From Coniocarpon cinnabarinum (lineage: Eukaryota): a DNA stretch of 64,000 nucleotides. The translations under genes and the position numbers were made by a program. The notes under the pieces were generated by a model. The model did no database searches. It saw nothing but the letters and a program-made list of their open reading frames with translations, and was not told the DNA's origin. This document shows, in pieces, positions 47,619 to 58,554 of the stretch. Each line of letters starts with the position of its first letter. Position 1 is the first letter of the stretch. Location of the stretch: assembly GCA_051942205.1 (NCBI GenBank), contig JAVECO010000011.1:124001-188000 (forward strand), written 5' to 3'.

Positions 47619-48586
47619 GTCTGTATGCTGGCCAGGATGCTAAGCACGTCGCCGGAAACAGTGTCAAGCACAGGCGCCATCCAGGCACTGCCGGTGTAGC
47701 CATCGCAAGGCGGGGCATGTTGCAGGAACAGCCCACAACGTTGAAGATCTCGATCAACTTTTGCCTCGGATCAAGCCTTGGTCTGTCTGACTCAAAACCA
47801 TGCCGCTGGATTCTTCAAGGCTGAGGTCTGGAAGACGACAGACTCGAGTGGAAATTCTCTGGCACTTCTGTGACATGCCTCTCTTTTTTCGTAACAAGAG
47901 ATGAGAAAAGACCGGAGGCTTCAGAGAGTGGGAATGGGTCCAGATACATTCACGTGACTTGGGTCGGAGGATTCTCCGCTTGGTGACTCGAATTGATCTC
48001 ATCGTACGTTCGACAACGACTTTTGCCAATGACCCTTGCCAGTGACCCTTGCCAGTGAGGTGGCCGCACGTATGGGCTTCATTAGTTTGCACTTATGTCT
48101 GGCGCCGACGTGTCAGACAAGCAGCAGGGCTTCAGCGTGCTTTGCCCTTACTTCTCGCACCATGTCGCAACGTCAACCGCGACGACTCGTTTATGTATGC
48201 AACAGAAGTGTGCCACCGCGTCCATCACCCTCGCCGCTTCAAGTGCGGGCTGTGTCCTCTGTTTGAGATAAATGGTAGTGTGCGGCTCCGATGCGAGGCG
48301 GAAGGGGCGATGCACATAGCCACTTCAATCAATCATCTGCCTCGTCGGACGACTTTTTGGCCCCTTGCCATGGTGACTATTCTGATATGGCAACAGCATT
48401 TAAATGCTTCACAGGCCCTGTCAAATAACCCACTCAACACTCGGCCACGATGCCGTCCTGTATCCAAGCAACGGCGGCGGCTAGGCTGAGGTGCTGTCGC
48501 TCTGTTGTAGTAGCATGCACAATATCTCATCACCCAATATGACCGTAGAATTCTAACTGCATCTGCAAGTACTATTACTGGCCGCC

Positions 48587-51034
48587 ATGGCTGAAGTGGT
48601 GGGCCTTATTGCGAGTATCATAACCATTCTTCAGCTCAGTCGGAATACAGTTCGAATGCTCTCTGGATTTGCGAAGGATATCGAAAGGTTTGAGAAGGGA
48701 ATTAAGCGCCTTTGCAACAAAGTGGAAATATGCCGACGTGTGCTTACTCGCCTTTCTGACAAGCTGCACGCGACCGCTACTGCCGGACAGCCACATCGAA
48801 GCGGACGCAAGGTTGGCGAAGTGAGTCAGACGCTGTACGAAGATCTCGAATGCGCGCTTGCAAATACCTCCGACGTTTTTCAAGGAATCAAGCAGGCATG
48901 CGACGCCGCTCGTAAAGGTACCAGGGCCCCAAAGGTCTTTCGAAAGACCAAGTATTCGCTCTTTGAAAAGGCTCAAGTCGAGGCTTTGAGCGTGGAACTC
49001 AGCCAATGTTTTGTGGAGTTGAATTTGATCATGACTATTCACTGGCAAGACAGTCACATCAGAACTCAACAAGAAGGTCAGTCATTGAAACCATCTTACT
49101 TGAATACTTGCAAGCCTCTGTTTGACGTTGTAACTTCATTTCGGGCGCAAGTCTGGCAAAGCGCCGTGAATTCCTTCTCCTCTGCCAGTGTCATTTACGA
49201 GCTAGGCAAGCTCTACCCTCAACTACAGTGATAGTTTCTTGCCCCTCAAGCAGACTTGACTAACACATCAAAGTTGTTGAAGCCTTAGCGAAACACCTTA
49301 GCTTTTTAAAAGCTTCTGCTGCACCTAGTATTGCAGACGCCTTGCGAGACACCATGGCGCGGACCAGAAGTGCTTCACCCGCACATTTAGGGCCTCGTTT
49401 CTCTTCTACTCGGTGTCCTGCCTCCGAGACCCCTGCAAAGAAGGTGGAGAATGAGGAGAATAGACAGCAGCAAGATTTTGCTTTCAGACAAGCGAACGAC
49501 ATGGACAGTAGTTCACAGCTCAGCTCTTCTACGCTGTCGCGATACCAAAGCAGTGGCCGCACAACATTCGTGGATCGTCAGCGAGCTTACGCTGGCTCTT
49601 TTTTTCCCTCTACGTTGGAAAACACGGAAGCAAGGAAACGATACTTCGTGGCTGACGCCCAACAAGCATCGGTATTTTGCCACAAGCTTTGCCCCACCAG
49701 ACTTGGCGTCATCTCAGTCAGGCATCTCATTTGAGTCAGAGGACACTGAGGCACTCGACAAAGACCAGAAGCGGCCAGACATAAGCATCATCCGCAACCG
49801 TTCAACCACTTCTATTGCAAAGCCTGTACTGTGGCGTGCAAGGCGAGTAGTCCATTTGAATAACATAGGATGGGAGTTTGAATACCGTGGGCCAGTTCGG
49901 TCCAAAACGCAGCTCGGAGATCCTCTGATGGGCCTTGATCTCTTGAACGCGCTCCGAGGCATGTCCAGCAGTGCCATCTCAGCACTCGAGGCCCATTTAG
50001 CATCAGAGAGTCTGGCCCTGCTAGCTGTTAAACCCTGCTTCAGGGGTAAGTACCTTTTCCAAAGAAAGAGGATTGACTTTATTACAAGGCCATACGCTGG
50101 AACGGAACAGCTGCCTGCTTTGCGTCAGAAAGCACGAGAAGAGGAGGACCGAGAGATGTTCGATACGCAACGAGGATCGCCAGATTAGGACACGCCACGG
50201 GCCCACTTTGTCCGAACGACTGTGTTCAAGGAAAAGGAGAGGGTACACAAGGTGCAACCACATCGTCGACAGAGCGTCGACGAGCCGCCCACCTTCCCAA
50301 TATTGCATCGAGACGACATCGAAATAGAAACATTAAAGCATTTTGACATACCGTGGGAGCTTGATTCGAGAGACAAGAGCTTTATTGTGCTTAGGGAAGA
50401 GCTAAGTCACGATGACACTGACGTTCTCTTTGCTCACACGAAGAGGGTGAGACAGCGAAGGGAGAAGCAAGCAGCCCATGCTCGAATGTCAGCCGATGAG
50501 CCGGATTCTATGTCGGCGCCCTCTAGACCAGAATCACCTGCGGACAACGGGGACGGCATCGCCTTGTCGCAAGACAAAACATCTCAGGGCCAGCAGAAAG
50601 GTCGTGAGCACGTCGCAAATATTCGCAACTCGAATGTCAATATGGACGAGACGGCACTGATGCTTAGAGACTATGATATGGAAATTGCGCTATTCCGTCA
50701 GGATGGCTCCGACTATGATGCTGAACTTGAGGAGCGGGTCTTGCTCAATGAGGCAGCTGAAGATCTCATTCAGCGTCTTAAACAGAAATGGAGCATGCCC
50801 GGGTTGCCGTTGGACAGGTACCAAGACAAACCACAATCAGTTAGCACAGTCTCGGACTGGGAAGAAGACTGTTCTGACTCTGGCAGCTCGGACGTTTTAT
50901 CTAAGCAGAAGCCCAGGAATAAAAACGAAGAGAATAAGGTCTCAAATGGCATGGATGACCATCGAGGAAGTGATGAGATGGCTCTCGTCGCGAAGGACGT
51001 TTGGGGAGAGCAACAATGGCATATCAAACGATAG
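48587..51034 (+). pseudogene. HeLo-like N-terminal domain protein with a C-terminal DUF8035-like module; disrupted by a frameshift and an in-frame TAG
   Basis: MAEVVGLIASIITILQLS helical N-terminus. Candidate GC-AG intron 49206-49273. Frame change near 49600-49730. TAG 50186-50188 is in frame with ORF 50222-51034, which carries PILHRDDIEIETLKHFDIPWELD..FIVL..DVLFAHTKRVR. Confidence 0.55.
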
Positions 51035-51270
51035 GAGCGAACCCAAGAGTGAGATGTCTCGATTAAGAGTTGATTTCTGTAAGGCTCGCCCCCCAATTGA
51101 GAGCACAGCGGCCTTCCGCGCCATATGTAAGGATAGCGATCAACAGCTACTGAGGTTGGGAAGCGACATACATACGTCCTATCAGCAAGGTTCTGTAACG
51201 AAATTACTTGAGCAGAAGTATACCTAGTGATCCAGAGTATTAGCTCAGTCTAGCCAAAGTCTCGAATTCT

Positions 51271-52379
51271 TCAGAAAAATGAGGTGATGTATCTTCTAAC
51301 TACTTCAATAAGCTTGAAAGCGCCAGAGTCTAGAAAAGGGCACAAAAAGACCGCCGGGAGAATTCTCTGAAACAGATCTCGCTGCTCTGAACGACTGACA
51401 CTGACTGTTGGGCCTTCGATGCAAGGCAAGATATCCTGGTCGAGTTGATCCAGCATAGTTGGCTTGATACGTGCTTGATCATACCTGATGTCGAGTTCTG
51501 TAATTTGTTTTCTTGTCAAAACATCTAGCCGTGGATGCGGCTTGTCTGTAATAGCAATTTAAAGTACTGAATTAATCTCAACAGAACTATGGGCTGGGCT
51601 GAGCGCTGGACTGAGTCTTGAATTTAGCGAAACGCATGTCTCGCGAGACAGCCCCGAGCATCAGTGAATATCAGTCTCTTGAGCTGTTGGTATGGTGGCG
51701 AAAGCCGTTTGAGCCTCACAAAACACCAGGTCACTTGACAGCAAATACTGTTGTATAATGCCAGCAATGGCATCGCTGATTTGTGTATATGAACTTAGCA
51801 ATGCGTCAAGAAGGTAGGGTTGAGTATTTGAGCAAGAATATTATGCTAATTGCTTCAATTTGGAGCAAAATTCAGGGACTGCGGGGTCTGCTGCGAGACT
51901 TTGAGTCACATATAAGCTCCTGGACTGCTGTTTGAACAAGCTCAAGGTAATCCGTGGACTTTGATTTGCTTTGCAAGAAAACTATACCATACGCTTATCA
52001 AGCGAATTTGGTAAGGGTATATGTAGAAGACCTTCTAAGGTGAATTTAGCGACACCAACAGAGTAACGTGCTCTAGACAAATCGAGGCAATGCTCGGAAC
52101 ATGATTACAGTGAGCGACAGCAACACTCACGTTTCTATACCTTTTGTCTCTGTTGAATTCACTCGTTAGGGCACGCCTCAGCGAAAAGCTCTGCAGAATT
52201 ATGCCTACATGCATAAGTGCTTCTCGCATCATATCCAGATCTCTTCTCCTCACATGGTATAATTCATTTCCTTTTACTTCTTTGGTGTGGAGTAGGCAGA
52301 GGGTAGCGCGCAATATACCCCTGACCGCATCACGTGACCTATACAAGAAGGACTCATGAGGTGCCAGAACTGACGCCAA
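51271..52379 (-). pseudogene. Decayed multi-exon gene of unknown family
   Basis: Intron signals (GTAGGC..CTAAC..CAG; GTGAGT..TAG) lie in 52070-52210. They are followed by one ~260-codon frame to 51271 with only four internal stops. Confidence 0.45.
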
Positions 52380-52437
52380 CGACGTCCAAAAAGATCAGAG
52401 GCAATGCAGATGGTTCAAAAAGCAAAAGTGGCAAAAG

Positions 52438-52537
52438 TGGACGAACCCGGAGTCGAACCGGGAACCTCTTCCAGGTGTCGCCGAGGTGCTAACCTCAAAC
52501 GTGCTAAGGAAGCATCATACCGCTAGACCATACGCCC
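52438..52537 (-). tRNA. tRNA-Ala(AGC) with a 28-nt intron (52474-52501)
   Basis: GGGCGTA TGGTCTAGCGGTATGATG CTTCC TTAGCA [intron] T GGAAG AGGTT CCCGG TTCGACT CCGGG TTCGTCC A. G3:U70 Ala identity pair, intron after position 37, downstream T-tracts. Confidence 0.95.
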
Positions 52538-54370
52538 TTGTGCTTGTTGATGAAAGCAGCCTACTTGCAATTACAATATGTCCTGCACATCAATTGCCCG
52601 CTGCTTGTCCTGCGAGTCCCGTAGGGCACGTAGGGCATCCGACAACTGCCCAAGCAAACCATACCCACTTCTTAGGAAAAGCTGAAGGATCAAATTTTGC
52701 GAGCACTATGGCACCTCTAAAAGAGTCCAAAAGATTGATAGAACGAAGAGATTTCACGTTTTGTCTACACAGTCCAAAGCTATCACCTGTTGGTTGCGCT
52801 GAAGCATTTTGACTACGAAAGTCTACATAGAAAACTTCCACGTGTCCGTCTCTGATCTTCGCGTTACAATCTAGGGTATACCGCATCTACGAGGCTCATT
52901 TGCGTCTTTAGGATCTTCTTCGGTGATTTTATCAGGCGGTGCCGCCAGGGCCGGGCCAAAATCACCCATACTTGGGGCCAAGACTCTACTCAAGGGATGA
53001 TGATTACTCTTGGCTCTTAACTCTTAACTTATCCTTCCCATTCCAAAAGCGATTGCGTTTACACGTAGCAACGTTCGTTATGCTCATCAAGCCATCTCAT
53101 CTGCGTTTTGGTTGCATGAAGAGACAATTCCGACATGCAGACGTTAATTTAAGCTCTGTTACACAAGCACGTGACCTTTTCTCTCCACACGTGACTTATT
53201 TCCTCTTCACTGGTTTGGCGTGTTGCCGCAAATGTCATACAAAAGTCTTTGCTAGATGCTAGTCTCGGCAGCGAGCCAACACGATGAAGAAGATTTGTGT
53301 CACAAGGCTATGAGCACAGCAGCGAAGGCCCCCTGCGCCCTAAAATTGCTTCAACAATAGACCGGCAAGTGCTCTTCTACGCGGCAACAGTGAAAATGGC
53401 TTGGCTTGTTTGGAGCAAGGCTTGGGCGCAGACAGCGACTTGCAAATGGTAAGGATCACAGTCGTTCTGCACGATCTGGGCATGAGTGGACCGACAATGT
53501 GTCCATGTCAGCGGGAAACACATCCTCAAGCTGCAACCATGGTTGCAGCAGGTGCCTGGGGTTCAACGAGCAAGAACTTGCATTATCACAGCCGCCACGT
53601 TGTAACATCTAGCCGTGAGCCATTGATTCTAGTCGTCGCGACAAGGACCTCATAGGACATTATTTGGTACCCTGCAACTCAGCATTCTTGTGGATCACGA
53701 AGGGTTTTCGCCGTTGCGCTCACAGCCTGATGACCCAAATTGTTCTCATCGTCCAGGCTCGTCGCCTAGACTGAGATCCAGCACCGACTTTTTGCCGTGA
53801 CACCCACAGTGTCTAAACTTACTGGAATGGCTAGCCGCAACAGCCGACTCTGCTTACAACGCGGGCGTTTGAGCTTATGCATCATCAACATGAAAACGAA
53901 CTCAACGCAGAGCGGTCCGTGGCACCTGGATTGACACCTTTTGGTTTCTGTGTCCCATGTCGGTGGATGTAGACACGCTGTCTTTGCACTATGTAGCCCC
54001 TCATGATGACTGGTCCAAGGCTTACTGACTGCACCATTCGACGATTTCGGAAACCATTAGGCCCCCAATATCCAGAATGGTCGTATAGGTGACAGTTCAG
54101 CCCCCTGCTATGCGTTAGTGGATACAAGGCGGACATCGATGGACCTGCGAACAGGCCAGTGACGTTTTCGAAAAGGTCACGAACAAGTCAGAAACGCTAG
54201 TTGAGGCACCACGTTCGATAGGTATCTCTTCACAATGGACAAATGGCCGTCTGGAAGCATGCGACATCGCGAGATACAAAAACCCCCTGTCTCGTACTCA
54301 TGTAGACACAACAAGCCCAAATCCAACTCACACGCTCCAACACACAAAGACACGTTACCCAGTCGCCGAC

Positions 54371-54634
54371 ATGCCTCCTCCAGACCCTCCCCCGGCGAAT
54401 GACCACGAGGATTATCTTGGTGTCTCCAACGAGACTGCTGTGACCTTGGACCGCAAGCACGACAACGGTAACAGCATACAGCAAGGCGATGTCTGGTGGC
54501 TCCATCACGACGGGGCCTGGCACCGCCTCATCGACCGTATCCATTCGGCCCACAAGACCCAGAACGGAAAAGAAGTGACAGTACGACGACCTTATAAATA
54601 TTTCTGGGCCAAAGTGGACCATAGTCAGCCATAG
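54371..54634 (+). CDS. Small orphan ORF (87 aa), possibly a gene fragment
   Basis: ATG start, C-ending codon bias and protein-like composition (GDVWWLHHDGAWHRL). No family recognised. Confidence 0.3.
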   Translation: MPPPDPPPANDHEDYLGVSNETAVTLDRKHDNGNSIQQGDVWWLHHDGAWHRLIDRIHSAHKTQNGKEVTVRRPYKYFWAKVDHSQP

Positions 54635-56379
54635 GCCACAGGAGCGACTGTCAATTGTGGCAACGAGATGATATAATCCTCCAACAGCAGTACTTTCGTT
54701 GACGCTATGTTTCTTCGCGCCACATCTTCTTAGCACCATGTCTTTCCGGTCCTATTGTTGTTCGACGCTGTCAAGTCACAACACGATATCCTTCCAGGAT
54801 AATCTTCGTGACTCTTTTCCTCCAGAGCACGATGTCTTGCTATCACCGCACTCCCTCCACAACCCGTGCCCACACTTACACACTAACACAACTCCATCAT
54901 ACCACACTTCCCTCACACTGTAGTCTATAACCTTTCACCGCAATATAACTACAACTCCTCAAAACCACACACTGAGCTCGAAAGACCTTCAACAACACGT
55001 GTCCACAACTCTGCATCCCCCCAGCACCCTGTCTCCTTGCCATTGTATCCCGCACTCCTTTACCAGTCTGAGCTCTCGTAAACCCTGACCTTCATCATCA
55101 TATGCTCTCACCAAAGACACCCCATCATCAGCCTGACCTCCCATTGACACGGATACTCACCTCGACGCACCCTCTGCGACATCAATTCTCTTGGTTTTTC
55201 CTCGTACGTCATATTATTCCATTTTCTCATTCTCCACGGACAAATGCATCAACCCTACACCCACTCATCTCCTTCACTTCAGTGACATCCACATCTCGAT
55301 AATAGCGTCCATGATCAAGGAGTACCATCTGCTGTTACCTTTGAGATATGCAAAAGTGTTTACCACGGGCTATGTCCCTAGTGTACTGTGACAACGAGAG
55401 TAAACGCCTGGACACCAGACAATGCGTCCATTGGACCAGTGAAGAGAAGTCATCTAGCAGAGCTGCATCAGCCACACAGAAAGCGAAATCGAAGAGCCAA
55501 CTCAGAGCGGCACGTTCAGCAGCGCTATGCGCCCTCCCACGCCGTCAGCAGCCTCGACGACGGAAGCCGAAACGACGACAGCAGAAACGACGACAGCAGA
55601 ATAAACTCAAGTCGAAGTGAAGTCTCGGATTATTACGGCCATTGCGGTGATCGATCAAGGGTTCTAGTCGCAGCGCGTAACATCTATGACTCCCTCTGAT
55701 TTGACATGACAGCCACTCAACGCACTCTCATTCCGAGAAATTTAAACCCCCACAGCTCTCGCATATGCTGAATACCAGACTGAAGCAAGCACCGTGCATC
55801 AACCCGCGCACCTTTCCCCATTCGACACATCTTTCTCCTATTCGACATCTTGACGTCCTCAGGTATGTGACTTACTGATCACGAACGCGCCATTCCCACG
55901 AGTCCACGCGGTGTTTTTTCTCTTTTAGTTCAAAGGACGCTACGATCATAGAGCGCAGACGTGCAGATGCAGGTGAAGGTGAAGGCTGAGCTGACGTCGA
56001 AGTGAATTTGAGAGCGGTTACATGTACAATGCAGAAGACGTTGGACGCGAGGGGCACAGCAGTCCATTACTTGAAACGTTGCACCATCTGTCTCTGAAGG
56101 CACTCTCCGTGGTCCTCGTAAGATGGCGTTCCACAGTTGTGTCTTTGTGGCTTAAATGATGGTGCAGTACAAGACAGCACTCTCTCGCCGCGTCTCCGTA
56201 TCATAAGTGGACTCCAGTCAAAAAACTTTGTGACGACGCAGGCAATACAGAGAACGTCTGGACAAGCACAGAGACATATATCGTAAGTTAAAGACTGGGT
56301 ATAAACATTACTGTACAAACACATTAAATAACCCTACGACTTCACTTTCCCTCCACGTTCCACCCTCCACAAACCCACG

Positions 56380-57171
56380 TCAACCCCCAGGTCGATGACC
56401 CCTTAGGGCACTCGGTCTCACCGTCACGGTCACCAGTCCCACAGTCGTAGCACCACTTTTAACAGTCACAGTCTTCGGCGCGTTCATACCCAGTCTATTT
56501 CCGCCTAATTGGGGATTCTGCGCGCCTCCCCCGGCGACGGCTTTATTTTGGACTGCGCCGATGGGACCGTCGGTTGAGCCGGCGGCGACTTGGTTGGGCG
56601 CTGTGATGGCGTCGCTGTCGCTGCCACTTTCGTTGTCTCCGTTGTCTTCATCGTCCGTGTCATCTTCGCCCACGCTCGGTGCATTGGCTGCGTTTGCGTT
56701 CGTCTGCGGGAGGGGAAGTGCTGCGGCGGTGGTCGCAGGCGCCGCGGTGGCTTGATCACCGGGAGCCTTCGCCGGTAACATGGGTTGATTGTTCAACTGC
56801 TTGTTCGCCATGCCCTGCATGGGCTGGACTCCTCCGACGGGCCCTCCTCCCTGTCCTGCTCCTACCCCTCCGCCGCTCACACAACCGGGCTTTTCACTGG
56901 GAGATGCTTTACCTCTCCTTCTCCAGCCTCCCATCCAGCTCCATTTGCGCCCTGTTGCCTGATGGCCCGTGCCGGGAGCGCAAGTGTTCGTGGCAGAGAA
57001 AGATGAGGCTGTTGCAGCGACGATTGTGGTATGGGCGGTGGTGGTGGATGTGAGGATTCTGACTGCGTCGCGCGCTGCGAGAGCTTCTGTAGGAGCCTGT
57101 GCAGTTGTGGCTTGTGCGGTGGCTTCTGCTAGTGTGGATGCAAGGAGGAGGAGCCAGGTGAGGTGGCGCAT
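56380..57171 (-). CDS. Secreted low-complexity A/T/G/Q-rich protein
   Basis: Signal peptide MRHLTWLLLLASTLAEA, Thr/Ala-rich tracts, two Cys, an acidic patch and a C-terminal VTVTV motif. Confidence 0.65.
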   Translation of the reverse strand: MRHLTWLLLLASTLAEATAQATTAQAPTEALAARDAVRILTSTTTAHTTIVAATASSFSATNTCAPGTGHQATGRKWSWMGGWRRRGKASPSEKPGCVSGGGVGAGQGGGPVGGVQPMQGMANKQLNNQPMLPAKAPGDQATAAPATTAAALPLPQTNANAANAPSVGEDDTDDEDNGDNESGSDSDAITAPNQVAAGSTDGPIGAVQNKAVAGGGAQNPQLGGNRLGMNAPKTVTVKSGATTVGLVTVTVRPSALRGHRPGG

Positions 57172-58554
57172 CACCGCCGTGATGAGGCTGTATTCGGCGA
57201 CGAGCGATGCGACAGCGCAGTCCGACCGTCCTTTTGAGAGTCGAATGTTGTGTGTGAAAACTAGATAGTAGCTGATGGAAGGACTGCACTGTGTCGCGGT
57301 CGTTCACTCATACACATTAGAGAAAGTGTGCGCCAGGCTACAAGACACGAGTAGACATGAGATAGACTCTTGCGTTGTAGGTACCAAGGAAAGGATGCGA
57401 CGGTATGTTTCTCATGAGGCGCGCGAACAGAAACAGAAACAGAGAAGGAAGAAAGAAAGAGAATCTCAAAACAGCTCACGGCATCCGTCCAGTACCCAGG
57501 CACAAGACAGCATCGTAGCCAGGCCGATGCAGAATCCCACAGTCTAGACGAAACGGTAGCCAGATGGATGACCCGCAGTCAGGCCCAGTTCTGGCTCATT
57601 ATCATAACAGGGAGCAAGTCAGCAAACCAGGCACCAGGCACTAGGCTTCACGCATCACGCAGCGGTTGCGCGCGGTGAGCATTGTCCACACAGAGCGGGT
57701 GGTCCGGAGGAGGAGGAAGATCCTTTGCGACTGAAGTGTAGTCAAAGGTGCGGCCTGAGTGCAGGCCGCGGTGCTGGCCCGCAGGGTGCGGTACCTGCGG
57801 CAAGGGATGATATCGCGGTCGCTGTGATAGGCGAGGTCTCGAAGCGAGCCTCGAGATTACCTTTTCTCGCAAGTTTCTGGGAGGACTGCTGTTGCTTTTG
57901 TTTCAACCTGCTTCTTTGGCTATTTTGAGGTCACTCGTCCCCTGCAGGTCAGCATGCAGCGTGCGCGTTCCTGACTGAAGCTTATGCATAATCGTTGATC
58001 TTATTGCGCCTCCTATCATTTCGGAGGAGTGCATGGAACGGTCGATATGCATGGGAACCATTATCGACTGAGACATGAGGTTTTATTTGCGCAAGCCAAA
58101 TGGGTGGATGACAGTCTTGAGGAAAGCCTTGAGGAACTTGCACGGCTGGTCGATAGGGCGGTTGAGATGAAACACGTCACGTGCACGGGATCTGGTGAAA
58201 CTCGTGGGATCGAGCTCGGTCCAAACGCTGGTAAGACGGCAAGCACGAATTGAGCAGCATAGAGCAACCGAGACTGATACGGTATCGCGAGTGCTTTACG
58301 CGCGACTTCTTATTGTTCTACATGCTGTACAGGTCCAAGCTTTTCAAGATATGTAAACCCCTGTATCTCTTTGTACGTGGCTCGAAGCCCCCATAATGTA
58401 CACGTCCTTCAACTTTTTAGCACACCACAGTTTTTCAAAATTCCACGGCAAAACGCAACGCCTTGCAGAACGCTGAAGTCGCAGGTTGAAAATCGAAAAT
58501 GTAGAATTATCCGGCCGTCACTGGGCATCCATGTCTTCATTGAAGCGGCGCTGT

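Noticed and set aside
48587..49231. HET-s-like amyloid signalling motif after the HeLo-like domain
   Set aside because: No G/N/Q-patterned pseudo-repeat (HRAM, PP or sigma type) is seen at the ORF end, and no intact adjacent NLR is present.
54070..54095. 5S rRNA-like start (ATACGACCAT on the minus strand)
   Set aside because: Similarity stops after about 10 nt and there are no internal A/C boxes.
48500..55700. Starship or other giant element beside the tRNA
   Set aside because: No tyrosine-recombinase captain, transposase or paired terminal repeats are visible in the window.
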